Assembly: GCA_031431875.1 (NCBI GenBank) | Contig: JANPEF010000138.1 | Span: forward strand, 1 to 53,415 | Length of the DNA: 53,415 nt | DNA from: Candidatus Eiseniibacteriota bacterium | Lineage (GTDB): Bacteria > Eisenbacteria > RBG-16-71-46 > DASYSL01 | Direction of reading: 5' to 3' | Shown: positions 32,577 to 42,198 of the stretch, in pieces | Numbering within the stretch: position 1 is the stretch's first letter | How the letters are laid out: the number at the start of each line of letters is the position of its first letter | Position numbers and translations under genes: made by a program | Notes under the pieces: generated by a model | Databases searched by the model: none | The model's input: the letters and a program-made list of their open reading frames with translations, nothing else | What the model was told of the DNA's origin: nothing

Positions 32577-33635
32577 GTGGCTGCCCTCAACCTGCTCGAC
32601 CTCATCTCGTTCCTCCGGCGGTACGGCGTCCGGATCGCGGCCTGGAGCCTGGGCTTCGCGATCGCGGGTGCCCTTCTTTCTTACGTCGTTCCCCCGACCT
32701 ACGAATCGACGGCGGTCATCCTCCCTCCGGAGGAGGACCAGCTCTCGGCGGCGCTGTCGTTGTCCCGACGCGGCAGCGGCGGGCTCGGAGCCCTGACGCG
32801 CCTGGGCGGGAGCTACTTCACGCAGGCGGACGTGGCCCTGGCGACGCTGCGCAGCCAGACCGTGCACCTCCGCGTGGTCCGCGACCTCGACCTCCAGGCG
32901 GTGTACAAGACGAAATCGCCCGACGACGCGGCGATGCGCCTGCGCGACCAGGTGACCGTGCGCATCAGCACCGACGGCACGATCGCGGTGATCGCCCGCG
33001 ACCGGACGCCGGATCGCGCGGCGAAGATCGCCAACTCGTTTCTCGAGCATCTCGATTCCATGACCCGCGAGTTCCGCACCTCCGAGGCGCGTCGCACCCG
33101 CGAGTTCCTGGCCCGTCGCGTGGCCGAGACTGACTCCCTGCTGCACACGTACGAGCAGCGGCTCGTCGCCTACCAGGCCCGCCGCGGCGCCGTCGTGATG
33201 TCGCCCGAGATGCGCGGTGGTTCGGATGCGGCGGCTGCGCTGGTCGCGCAGAAGGTCGGCGCGGAGGTCGAGTTGCAGATGGCCCGGCGTTACAGCAGTC
33301 CGAACTCCGAGGAGATCCAACGGCTCCAGGCGCGCGTCAACGAGCTCGGGCGCCAGATCGGTTCGCTCCCGGCGACGCAGGCCGGCGGCTCCGACCTCAT
33401 CCGCCAGGCTGCGATCCAGCAGCAGGTGCTGGGCATCCTCACCGGGCAGCTCGAGGAAGCGCGCATCCGCGAGGTCATGGACACCCCGACGATCCAGGTG
33501 CTCGATCCGGCACGACCGCCGGAGCGCAAGAAGTGGCCGCGTCGCTCGTGGCTCGCGGGCTTCGGCGCCATTGCGGGCGCTCTTGCCGCCGGGATCCCGC
33601 TGCTGCTGAACAGGCCCCTCCAGCCCCGCGTCTGA
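32577..33635 (+). CDS. Polysaccharide co-polymerase / chain-length determinant (Wzz/GNVR-like)
   Basis: N-terminal TM with YESTAVILPP, coiled-coil middle, IQVLDPARPPERK.WP followed by a C-terminal TM. Confidence 0.85.
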   Translation: MAALNLLDLISFLRRYGVRIAAWSLGFAIAGALLSYVVPPTYESTAVILPPEEDQLSAALSLSRRGSGGLGALTRLGGSYFTQADVALATLRSQTVHLRVVRDLDLQAVYKTKSPDDAAMRLRDQVTVRISTDGTIAVIARDRTPDRAAKIANSFLEHLDSMTREFRTSEARRTREFLARRVAETDSLLHTYEQRLVAYQARRGAVVMSPEMRGGSDAAAALVAQKVGAEVELQMARRYSSPNSEEIQRLQARVNELGRQIGSLPATQAGGSDLIRQAAIQQQVLGILTGQLEEARIREVMDTPTIQVLDPARPPERKKWPRRSWLAGFGAIAGALAAGIPLLLNRPLQPRV

Positions 33636-33638
33636 ACG

Positions 33639-35003
33639 GTGTCCACGACCGCGCCGGATTCGTCGGTTACGTCCGCGCGGCGTTCGCCGATCCTCCTGCC
33701 CGTCCTCGTGGGTGCGATCGCACTTGGTCTCGTCGCCGCACTCGCGTTCGATGGTCCGGGCGGACTGCTCGGCCTGGCGGCGATGACGACGGTGCTCCTC
33801 GCGGCGCCGCTGCTGCTGGGGGCGGCGTATCTCGGCCTGTGGATCCTTCCGGCACTCGGTCTCACCATCCTTCTCGGCCAGATCTCGCGCGGGATCCACG
33901 CCTTCGAACTCGTCTATCCCGCGGTGATCGTCGCCGGGCTGATCGCGACGCTCCACTCGCCCGACCGGCGCGCCTGGGACGTGCGGCTGCCCGGCTGGAT
34001 CGGCTTCGCGTTCCTCGCCGTTCCGCTGCTCGCGCTGCCGGGCGTCGTGGTCGCACGCTCCGCCTATCTCGCGGCCTACAAGTTTCCGCTGCTCTGGGTC
34101 CTGCTGTTCTTCTGCCTGCGTCGGCTCGTGCCGCCGGAGCGCTCGCGGATCCTGCTGTGGATCTTCCCGCTGATCGGGGTGGCCGGCGCGTTGCAACTGC
34201 TGTGGAAGACACGGGGCCTCGGCGCGTTCGTGTTCTCGCGGCTCGAGTTTCGTAACTTCTACACACGCCTGCCCTGGGGACAGTCGGACTACATCTCGGC
34301 GACGATGGAGTTCTGCCTGTGCATGACGTTCGTCCTCTTCCTGCTCGAGCGTGGCTGGACGGCGCGGGTTCTGCTCGTGCTGGCGGCGCTGCCGATGATC
34401 GAGGCCTTCCTCATGCTGTTCTCGCGCGCCGGCGCGATCGGGCTCGTCGCCTTCATCCTGATCCTCGCGCTCGGGATGGGAGGGCGCCGCGGCATCGCCG
34501 CGGCCTTGCTCGGGAGCGCCGGGCTCGCCGCCGCCGCGTTCACGCCGGGGGGGCAGGTCTTCCTCCACCGGTTCACCGATCCGGGCGAGTACGCGTCGTG
34601 GTACGTGCGGCTGCTCTATTGGCAGTTCGGCTGGGAGCGCTTCATTCACCATCCGTGGACCGGGATCGGGCTGAACCAGGGGAAGTCCATGCACGACCTG
34701 ATGGGCGACAAACCGTCGAACAACCTGTTCCTCGACACGATGTCGGAGCAGGGCATCCTCGGCGGCATCCTACTCGCGATCATCCTGTTCGCCGCCTACC
34801 GGATGGCCTGGCGCGTGCGCCCGGTCGGCTTCGACGCACCGGTCCATCCGGTGCGCGTCGCTCTGGTCGCGACGCTGACGCAGGTCCTGATCCACGCCAT
34901 GGTCGAGCCGACCATCTCGGGGCCGACGATCGCGATTCCGTTCGTCTACCTGCTCGCCTGGCTCGCCCTGCAGCGCGAGCCGATGGGAAAGGGGTCTGCG
35001 TGA
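33639..35003 (+). CDS. O-antigen ligase / Wzy polymerase family membrane protein
   Basis: Many TMs, FSRAG, R...W...HPWTGIG, NNLFLDTMSEQGILG. Confidence 0.8.
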   Translation: MSTTAPDSSVTSARRSPILLPVLVGAIALGLVAALAFDGPGGLLGLAAMTTVLLAAPLLLGAAYLGLWILPALGLTILLGQISRGIHAFELVYPAVIVAGLIATLHSPDRRAWDVRLPGWIGFAFLAVPLLALPGVVVARSAYLAAYKFPLLWVLLFFCLRRLVPPERSRILLWIFPLIGVAGALQLLWKTRGLGAFVFSRLEFRNFYTRLPWGQSDYISATMEFCLCMTFVLFLLERGWTARVLLVLAALPMIEAFLMLFSRAGAIGLVAFILILALGMGGRRGIAAALLGSAGLAAAAFTPGGQVFLHRFTDPGEYASWYVRLLYWQFGWERFIHHPWTGIGLNQGKSMHDLMGDKPSNNLFLDTMSEQGILGGILLAIILFAAYRMAWRVRPVGFDAPVHPVRVALVATLTQVLIHAMVEPTISGPTIAIPFVYLLAWLALQREPMGKGSA

Positions 35004-36121
35004 AAGTCCTCGTCGTGATGGGAACGCGTCCCGAGGCGATCAAGCTTGCGCCGGTCGTGTTCGCGCTTCGCGCTGTGCCGGGCATCGAGGTGAGCGTCTG
35101 CCTGACGGCCCAGCACCGCGACATGCTCGATGACGTCGTGCGCCACTTCGACATTCCCGTGCACCACGACCTCGACCTGATGACCCCGAACCAGACGCTG
35201 ACCCAGGTCGCCGTCCGGGTGCTCGAGGGCGTCGACGCGATCCTTGCAGGCGAGGCGTTCGACTGGATCGTCGTGCAGGGGGACACGACGACGAGTCTCG
35301 CCGCGGCCCAGGCCGCGTTCCATCGCGGCGTGCGCGTCGGCCACGTCGAGGCGGGCCTCAGGACCTGGAACCTGCGCGAGCCGTTTCCCGAGGAGTGGAA
35401 TCGCCGCGCCATCGATGCGATGGCAGACCTCGCATTCGCCCCCACGGAGGGGGCGCGGGAGAACCTGCGCACCGAGCGCGTTCCCGAGGAACGCATCCTG
35501 GTCACGGGGAACACGGCGATCGACGCGCTCCACTGGACGCTGGCGCGCACGCCCCCGGTCCTCGACGAGCTCGCGACGCTCGATCCGCGGCGGCCGATCG
35601 TGCTGGTGACGGCGCATCGGCGCGAGTCGTTCGGGGCTCCGTTCGAGGAGATTTGCCAGGCGCTCGCCACGCTCGCCGGGCGCGATGCGGAGACCGGGGT
35701 CAGCATCGTCTATCCCGTGCACCCGAATCCGAATGTGCGCGGGCCGGTCGAGCGGATTCTCGGCGACCGCAAGCACGTGCTCCTGCTCCCGCCCCAGAAC
35801 TACGCCCGCTTCGTCCACCTGATGCAGCGGGCCCACATCATCCTCACGGATTCCGGCGGGATCCAGGAGGAGGCGCCCGGCCTGGGGCGGCCGGTGCTCG
35901 TGCTGCGCGATCACACCGAACGACCGGAGGCGGTTGCCGCCGGGACCGCCCGACTGGTCGGCACGTCGGCGGCCAGGATCGTGCACGAGGTGGATCGCCT
36001 GCTGACGGATCGAGCGGCCTACGAACGCATGGCGACGGCGACGAATCCCTTCGGCGACGGGACGGCTGCCGTCCGCATCGCGAAGGCCCTGGCGGCGACC
36101 CGGACGCACGAGGTGCGATGA
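35000..36121 (+). CDS. wecB: UDP-N-acetylglucosamine 2-epimerase (non-hydrolysing)
   Basis: GTRPEAIK, QGDT, HVEAGLR, HRRES, DSGGIQEE, NPFGDG. Confidence 0.95.
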   Translation: MKVLVVMGTRPEAIKLAPVVFALRAVPGIEVSVCLTAQHRDMLDDVVRHFDIPVHHDLDLMTPNQTLTQVAVRVLEGVDAILAGEAFDWIVVQGDTTTSLAAAQAAFHRGVRVGHVEAGLRTWNLREPFPEEWNRRAIDAMADLAFAPTEGARENLRTERVPEERILVTGNTAIDALHWTLARTPPVLDELATLDPRRPIVLVTAHRRESFGAPFEEICQALATLAGRDAETGVSIVYPVHPNPNVRGPVERILGDRKHVLLLPPQNYARFVHLMQRAHIILTDSGGIQEEAPGLGRPVLVLRDHTERPEAVAAGTARLVGTSAARIVHEVDRLLTDRAAYERMATATNPFGDGTAAVRIAKALAATRTHEVR

Positions 36122-36894
36122 GAACAATCTGGCTGTGCCTGCCTGCGTACAACGAGGAGCGCTCGCTTCCCGACCTGCTGCGGCGCTGCATCGCGGTGCG
36201 CACGCTCCTGCAGGCGGAGGGTCGCGACCTGCGCGTCGTCGTCGTCGACGACGGCAGCACGGATGGGACGATTGCCGCCGCGCAGGCGTTCGCCGGCTCA
36301 CTGGGGCTCGACGTCGTGCCGCACGCGGTCAATCGCGGGCTGGGTGCGGCGTTGCGCTCGTGCGTGGCCGCGGGCCTCGAACGCGCTGCGGACGCGGATG
36401 CGATCGCGACCATGGACGCGGACAACACGCACGATCCCGGACTCCTGCCGGGAATGTGGCAGCGGCTCGATGCAGCGGGCGCCGACGTCGTCATCGCCTC
36501 GCGGTACGAACCGGGCGGGGATGAGATCGGCCTCAGCCCGTTGCGCCGCGTCCTCTCCCGGGGGGCGAGCTTCCTGCTGGGCCTCACCGTTCCGGTGGCG
36601 GGAGTGCGCGACTACACCTGCGGCTTTCGCCTGTACCGGTCGGCGACACTGCGCTCCGCGCAGGCGCGCTGGGGGGCTCGGCTGATCGAGGAGAGCGGCT
36701 TCACCTGCATGGCCGAGCTCCTGCTGAAGCTTGGTCGCCTCGGTGCGAGCGTCGTCGAGGCGCCGCTCGTGTTGCGCTACGACATGAAAGTGGGTGCCAG
36801 CAAGATGAAGGTGATGCAGACGATCCTGCGCTACTTCTCGCTGATTCGTCGCCTCCGGTCGGAGCCCGTTCCCGCCGAATCCGCCGGGGCTTGA
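36118..36894 (+). CDS. GT2 polyprenyl-phosphate glycosyltransferase (DPM1/GtrB-like)
   Basis: PAYNEE, VDDGSTD, NRGLG, MDAD.TH, ASRY..GG, RDYTCGFRLY. Confidence 0.87.
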   Translation: MRTIWLCLPAYNEERSLPDLLRRCIAVRTLLQAEGRDLRVVVVDDGSTDGTIAAAQAFAGSLGLDVVPHAVNRGLGAALRSCVAAGLERAADADAIATMDADNTHDPGLLPGMWQRLDAAGADVVIASRYEPGGDEIGLSPLRRVLSRGASFLLGLTVPVAGVRDYTCGFRLYRSATLRSAQARWGARLIEESGFTCMAELLLKLGRLGASVVEAPLVLRYDMKVGASKMKVMQTILRYFSLIRRLRSEPVPAESAGA

Positions 36895-38450
36895 GCGGCC
36901 GCGGATCGTCTCACCTTCAGCAGGCGGATCCCGAACTGCGCAGGGAAGAGTTCCATTTCCTCCCGCAGCGTTGCCGCGTCCACCCCGAATGGTCCCGCCA
37001 ACGCCTGCAGGAATCGCTCGCGAGCGGCCGCGTCGTCGTGCGCGAACACCCCGAACGCGGTCGGCGCATCGCGCAGTGCCGGCGCGACCCGCAGCAGTTC
37101 GTCCGTGTCCGCCGGCGGCCCGGTGAATCCCACGGCCGGAAGGCGTCCGCGATCGTAGTAGTCCCACGCGCGATCAAGGTAGCCGGGGTAGAGGAGGACG
37201 ACCGTGCCCGGTTGCGCCTCCGCGGCGACCTGCGCGTGCACCTCGCGCCAGGATTCCTTCCCCGGCAACGCTCCGGGGGCCAGCCAGCGCTGGACGATCG
37301 CGGATCCGGGGGCGTGATAGGCCACGGCGCTCGCCGCCGCGAGGGCGACCAGCGCGCCGCTCAGGAGCGGGCGCAATGGCCCGCGCGCGGTGCGGGCGCC
37401 CAGCGCAGCGAGGAACACGAGGAACGGCGCGAGGAAGACCAGGTACTTCTCGTGCATCAGCGGGATGCGCGCCTGGAGCGCCAGGATACCTGCGATGGGG
37501 ATGATCAGCGCCGTGCCGACGAAGCCGCGCAGCCGCGGCTCGCCCGCCGCCCGCCATGCGCCGAGCCCGATCGCACCGAACCAGACGAGCGCAGTCGCCG
37601 CGATCAGCGGGCCGTTCGCCGCGAGGAACGCGGCCGTGCCGGCCTCGATGCGCAGCGCGTCGATCGGCGCAATCGCGGGCCCGACCCCGATGCGCCACAG
37701 GCTGTAGCCGAGCCGGCTCAGCAGGCCGAAGCGCTCGCCGGAGCCGGCGAGCCCTGTCGGGTGGGCGAGGGCGCGCAGCAGCCAGGGCAGGTACAGCGCG
37801 ACCGCCGCCGCCTGGGCGACTCCCACGGAGAGCACGAGCGAGCCGCGGCGCGGAGTGTCGCGCCGCAGTCCGAGAGCGAGCACGAATGCCGCGTGCCCCA
37901 GCAACGGCCAGATCGCCAGCACGTGCGTGTAGAGCGCGAGCGCCGCCAGCGACGCATAAGCCACGAGGTCGCGCGTGCGTCGCCCGTCGATCCAGCGCAG
38001 GAGCAGGAGCGACAGCCCCAGCGCCTCGGCCAGCAGCAGGGAATACATCCGGGCTTCCTGTGCGTACTCGATCCAGAAGCCGCCGAGGGCCGCCCAGGAC
38101 GCGGCGAGCAGGGCGACACCGGACGCGCCGGGGACTCCGGCCGTGAGGCGCCGGGCGAGGAGAAAGAGGAGCCCGACCGCGAGGATGCCGAACACGGCTG
38201 CGGGGAAGCGCAACGCCGCCTCGCCATCGCCGAATCCGGCGATCCACAGGCGCGTGATCACCCACCACACGGGACCGTGATTCACCTCGCTGAACATGGA
38301 GTCCGCGAGGCTGGGCCGCGTCGCGTTCCACCACGTCGCGGCCTCGTCGAGCCAGAGCGAGGAACGGCCGAGGTGCACGATGCGCAGGGCCGCGGCGAGC
38401 GCGATCAGCGTGGCGATCGTCGGCCAGCTCGCGCGAGCGTTCATCGCCAT
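36831..38450 (-). CDS. GT-C membrane glycosyltransferase (PMT/ArnT, GT39/GT83-like)
   Basis: LRIVHLG..SLWLDEA, HGP, ALRFPA, YAQEARMYS, ALYTH; about 11 TMs plus a C-terminal soluble domain; start ATG 38450 (alternative 38444). Confidence 0.83.
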   Translation of the reverse strand: MAMNARASWPTIATLIALAAALRIVHLGRSSLWLDEAATWWNATRPSLADSMFSEVNHGPVWWVITRLWIAGFGDGEAALRFPAAVFGILAVGLLFLLARRLTAGVPGASGVALLAASWAALGGFWIEYAQEARMYSLLLAEALGLSLLLLRWIDGRRTRDLVAYASLAALALYTHVLAIWPLLGHAAFVLALGLRRDTPRRGSLVLSVGVAQAAAVALYLPWLLRALAHPTGLAGSGERFGLLSRLGYSLWRIGVGPAIAPIDALRIEAGTAAFLAANGPLIAATALVWFGAIGLGAWRAAGEPRLRGFVGTALIIPIAGILALQARIPLMHEKYLVFLAPFLVFLAALGARTARGPLRPLLSGALVALAAASAVAYHAPGSAIVQRWLAPGALPGKESWREVHAQVAAEAQPGTVVLLYPGYLDRAWDYYDRGRLPAVGFTGPPADTDELLRVAPALRDAPTAFGVFAHDDAAARERFLQALAGPFGVDAATLREEMELFPAQFGIRLLKVRRSAAAQAPADSAGTGSDRRRRISEK

Positions 38451-38532
38451 CGCAGGACCGTCGTGGGTGAGGGTGGGGATCGAGTCGATCGAGGTTCGTG
38501 CCGCGGGGAATCTAGCATATGATCCGCGCGCC

Positions 38533-39228
38533 ATGACCCCGCTCGATCGTGCCCTGCGCGACTTCGATCGCACGCTGTCGACCGGACTGTCCGGCGCGGT
38601 GATCGGCGTCGACGAAGTGGGCCGGGGCTGCCTCGCCGGGCCCGTGGTCGCCGCCGCGGTCACGATCCACGTCGACGTGGACCTGCCCGGGATCGACGAT
38701 TCGAAGCGGTTGAGCGGCCCGCGACGTGCGCGGATGGCCGCGGCGATCCGCGCCGGCGCGCTCGCGGTGGGCGTCAGTTTCGTCGGCCCGGCCCACATCG
38801 ACGCGGTGAACATCCGGCGGGCCAGCCTGCTGGCGATGCGGCGCGCGGTCCTGCGCCTCGAGGCACGGCTGCGCGCGCGCCATCCCGTCGGGCCCGGCGC
38901 CGGCGATCCACCGGCCGGGATCGTCCTGGTCGATGGCGTGGACCGGATCCCCGAGCTCGACCGGCCGCAGCGGACCGTGATCGGTGGGGACGGGAAGAGC
39001 CGCGCGATCGCCGCGGCGTCGATCGTCGCCAAGACCGTGCGCGATCGGTTCATGGAGCGCCTGGCCGCGGAGCACCCCGCTTACGGTTTCGAGCGCAACC
39101 GCGGCTACGGAACGCCCGAGCATCTGGACGCGTTGCGCCGCCACGGGCCGTGTCCCTGGCATCGCCGAAGCTTCGCCCCGATCGCGCAGCATGAACTGCT
39201 CGCGCTCGCGGACTTCCCCGCCCGCTAG
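38533..39228 (+). CDS. rnhB: Ribonuclease HII
   Basis: GVDEVGRGCLAGPV, DSK.L, VDG, GDGKS.AIAAAS, GYGT..H, HR.SF. Confidence 0.95.
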   Translation: MTPLDRALRDFDRTLSTGLSGAVIGVDEVGRGCLAGPVVAAAVTIHVDVDLPGIDDSKRLSGPRRARMAAAIRAGALAVGVSFVGPAHIDAVNIRRASLLAMRRAVLRLEARLRARHPVGPGAGDPPAGIVLVDGVDRIPELDRPQRTVIGGDGKSRAIAAASIVAKTVRDRFMERLAAEHPAYGFERNRGYGTPEHLDALRRHGPCPWHRRSFAPIAQHELLALADFPAR

Positions 39229-39253
39229 GCTCCGCCCCCGCGAGAGCATCGCC

Positions 39254-39637
39254 ATGACGTCCGACTCCCAGCGACGCGGGAGGGCCGGCGAGTCGATCGC
39301 CGCGCTCTTCCTCGAAGCCCGCGGCTACACAATCCTCGCCCGGAATCTCCGCGTCGGACGGCGCGAACTCGATCTCGTCGCCGAGCGCGGCCGGTTGCTC
39401 CTCGCGGTCGAGGTCAAGTGGCGCCCGGCCGGTGATGCGTTCGGCGGGGCGGGGGAGGCCTGGCGGCCGGCCCAGCGCTCCCGGGCGGCGGCGGCCTGGC
39501 TCGCGGTGCGCGCCACGTTTCCGCACGGCGAAACGCGGCCCTGGCGCTTCGACCTGGTGACCATCGAGGAGGAGGCGCACGGCCTGCGACTCGAGCATCG
39601 ACGGGGCGCGTGGAGCCCGGCGGGAGGGTGGTGGTGA
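39254..39637 (+). CDS. yraN: YraN family (UPF0102) putative nuclease
   Basis: G..GE.IAA.FL..RGY.IL.RN, ELDLV, VEVK.R, RFDLV; follows rnhB. Confidence 0.85.
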   Translation: MTSDSQRRGRAGESIAALFLEARGYTILARNLRVGRRELDLVAERGRLLLAVEVKWRPAGDAFGGAGEAWRPAQRSRAAAAWLAVRATFPHGETRPWRFDLVTIEEEAHGLRLEHRRGAWSPAGGWW

Positions 39638-39652
39638 GCCGACGCGCAGTCG

Positions 39653-39681
39653 TTGTCCCCGGGAGGGGCCTCGCCTAGACT
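39653..39681 (+). promoter_or_regulatory. Putative sigma70 promoter
   Basis: TTGTCC(39653-58)-17 nt-TAGACT(39676-81); the ORF-track TTG start coincides with the -35 box. Confidence 0.6.
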
Positions 39682-39739
39682 GTGCGGCGTCGATCGGTCG
39701 CCCCCGATTCCCGCGCGTCCCTGCCGAGGAGAGCCCATC

Positions 39740-40939
39740 CTGCCCACCGCCCCCGAACCCCGGATCCTCATCCTGCACGCGACCGCGGGTTCCGGTCACC
39801 TGCGGGCCGCCCAGGCGCTCGAGGCCGCGTTCCTCGCGCTCGCCCCGACGGCCCACGTGCGGACGCTCGACACGCTGCATTTCGGTTCGCGGCTGTTCCG
39901 TCGCGGCTACACCCCGACGTACGACACGCTGGTCAAGCGCGCGCCGCGCGTGTGGGGCCTGCTCTACAAGAGCCTCGAGCAACCGCGCATCCACCGCGGC
40001 ACCACGCCGCTGCGGCACGCGCTCGATCGCATCAACGTGCGCAGCCTGGTCGCGCACATCGAGCGCGAGCGGCCCACCGCCGTCGTCTGCACCCACTTCC
40101 TGCCGCTCGAGGCGCTGGCGCCACGCCGGCGCCGGGGCGCGCTCGCCGCGCCGCTCCATTGCGTGATCACCGACTTCACCGCGCACCCGTTCTGGGCGAT
40201 CGAAGGGATCGACACGACATTCGTGGCCTCGGCCGCGGTGCGCGAGGAGCTCGCGTCCTGGGGCGTGGCGTGGGAGAAGATCGTGGTCAGCGGCATCCCG
40301 ATCGATCCCCGCTTCGCGCACGGTTCGCACCCGCGCGCCGAGGCGCGGGAGCAGTTCCAGCTCGCGCCCGACCGCCCGACCATCCTGCTCATGGGCGGCG
40401 GCAACGGCGTGGGTCCGCTCGCCTCGCTCGCCGAGCGCCTGCTCAGCCTGCCGATGGCGCCGCAACTGCTCGTCGTCTGCGGCCGCAATGCGAGGCTGCG
40501 GATGCGCATGCGCGCGGTCTCGGAGCTGGCACCCGGGCGCGTGCGCGCGCTCGGCTTCACCGACCAGGTCCCCGCGCTGCTGTCTGCGGCGGACGTGATC
40601 GTGACCAAGGCCGGGGGACTCACCTGCAGCGAGAGCCTCGCGATGGGCACGCCGATGGTGGTGTTCCGCCCGACGCCCGGGCAGGAGGAGAAGAACTCGA
40701 CCGCGCTCGCCGTCGCCGGCGCCGCGGTGCGCGCCCGCACGTTCGAGCAGGTGACCGCGGCGGTCGAGCGCATCCTGTCGCATCCCGCGCTCGCCACGTC
40801 GATGCGCCAGGCGGCGCGGGCGCTGGCCCGGCCGCGCGCGGCCGAGGACGTCGCGCGGCGCGTGCTCGAACTCCCGCCGCGCGAGGACTCCGCCGAGGCG
40901 GCGCCCGAGGCACCGACGGTGGAGCAGCGCACTCCGTGA
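39740..40939 (+). CDS. UgtP/MGDG-synthase-like diacylglycerol glycosyltransferase (GT28), probable CTG start
   Basis: GSGHLRAA, VCTHFLP, VITDF.AH..W, GIPI, MGGG.G, TKAGGLT.SE, PGQEE.N; SD GAGGAG 8 nt before CTG 39740. Confidence 0.8.
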   Translation: MPTAPEPRILILHATAGSGHLRAAQALEAAFLALAPTAHVRTLDTLHFGSRLFRRGYTPTYDTLVKRAPRVWGLLYKSLEQPRIHRGTTPLRHALDRINVRSLVAHIERERPTAVVCTHFLPLEALAPRRRRGALAAPLHCVITDFTAHPFWAIEGIDTTFVASAAVREELASWGVAWEKIVVSGIPIDPRFAHGSHPRAEAREQFQLAPDRPTILLMGGGNGVGPLASLAERLLSLPMAPQLLVVCGRNARLRMRMRAVSELAPGRVRALGFTDQVPALLSAADVIVTKAGGLTCSESLAMGTPMVVFRPTPGQEEKNSTALAVAGAAVRARTFEQVTAAVERILSHPALATSMRQAARALARPRAAEDVARRVLELPPREDSAEAAPEAPTVEQRTP

Positions 40940-42111
40940 TCGCCGAGCGCGCCGGGCGCACCTGCGACTTCCTGCTGCTGGTCTTCGCCTTCGCCCTTCC
41001 GCTGTCGATCGCGGTCTCCGAGATCGCGCTCGTCGCCACACTCGTCGCCTGGCTCGTCTCCGCACCGTGGCGCCGCCCGGCGGCGCCCGGCGCGCGCAGC
41101 ATCGGCCTGGCCACGGCTGCGCTCGTCGCGACCTGGTTCCTCGCCTCGGCGTTCGCCGTGGATCCTGTCGCGAGCCTCATCAAGGTGCGGAAGATCTACT
41201 CGATCCTGCTCGTCCTCGTCGTGCTCGATCGCGTGCGCGACACGCGTGGTGCCGGACGACTCGCGGCGGCCGCGCTCGCGGGCGGCGCCGTGAGTGCGAC
41301 CTTCGGCATCCTCTACTTCGCCGCCATGCGGCTCTCGGGGACCTTCCCCGCCTATCGCCTCGAGAGCGTGTTCTCCACCGCGATGACGACCGGAAACGTG
41401 TTCGCCACGCTCGCCATCGCCGCACTCGGCGAGGGGCTGCTCCGCACCGGCACGAGGGCCGGCGCCCGCCGCGCCTTCGTCGCGTTCCTCCTGATCGCCC
41501 TGGCGCTGCTCGGGACGAAGACCCGGTCGTCGTGGATCGCGTTCGTGGCGGGGGCGGGCTTGATCCTCGCCCGCCTGCGGCCGCGCCTGCTCCTCGTCGG
41601 TGTCCTCGGTCTCGCGTTTGGTCTCGCCCTCGGGCCGCAGGAACTGCGCGATCGCGTCGCGAGCACGTTCGATCCGACCTACGAGACGAATGCCGGCCGC
41701 ATCTCGCTGTGGCGCTCCGGTGCGGAGGTCGTGCGCGAGCATCCATGGACCGGCGTCGGCCTCGCCGATCACTACGCGCTCATCGAGACCCATCGTCGGT
41801 CCGATGCGACGTTCCATGCAGGGCACTTCCACAACAATGTCGTCCAGGTCGCCGCGAGCACGGGCCTGGTCGGCCTCGCCGCCTATCTCGGCTGGATGCT
41901 GCTGGTCGCCGGCCTCCTCGTCGCGAGCATGCGCAAGGCGGGAGCGGGCGGCGCGCCGCGGGCGCTGGTCGGGCTGGCCATCTGGCTCGCGTTCCAGGTC
42001 CACGGCATGTTCGACTGGAGCTTCGGCGACGCCGAGGTGGCGAACCAGTTGTTCCTGTGGGTGGGTCTCGGCCTGGCCGCGGCGCTAACCCCCAGTCCCA
42101 CAAGCGCCTGA
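40936..42111 (+). CDS. O-antigen ligase family protein (WaaL-like)
   Basis: TMs, TRSSWI, R.SLW, HPWTGVG, HFHNN.VQ...TGLVG, HGMFD. Confidence 0.85.
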   Translation: MIAERAGRTCDFLLLVFAFALPLSIAVSEIALVATLVAWLVSAPWRRPAAPGARSIGLATAALVATWFLASAFAVDPVASLIKVRKIYSILLVLVVLDRVRDTRGAGRLAAAALAGGAVSATFGILYFAAMRLSGTFPAYRLESVFSTAMTTGNVFATLAIAALGEGLLRTGTRAGARRAFVAFLLIALALLGTKTRSSWIAFVAGAGLILARLRPRLLLVGVLGLAFGLALGPQELRDRVASTFDPTYETNAGRISLWRSGAEVVREHPWTGVGLADHYALIETHRRSDATFHAGHFHNNVVQVAASTGLVGLAAYLGWMLLVAGLLVASMRKAGAGGAPRALVGLAIWLAFQVHGMFDWSFGDAEVANQLFLWVGLGLAAALTPSPTSA

Positions 42112-42166
42112 GCCGCCCCGGCCGGCCGGAAGCGGGGGGCCGAGCCGCCGGTTTCCTGTCCGGCCC

Positions 42167-42195
42167 TTGTCAGGACCTCCGGACCCGCGTAAGCT
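42167..42195 (+). promoter_or_regulatory. Putative sigma70 promoter for the ncRNA/leader
   Basis: TTGTCA(42167-72)-17 nt-TAAGCT(42190-95). Confidence 0.65.
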
Positions 42196-42198
42196 TGT

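Noticed and set aside
39254..39637. YraN nuclease as a defence system
   Set aside because: Sits in its ordinary rnhB-linked context with no defence partners.
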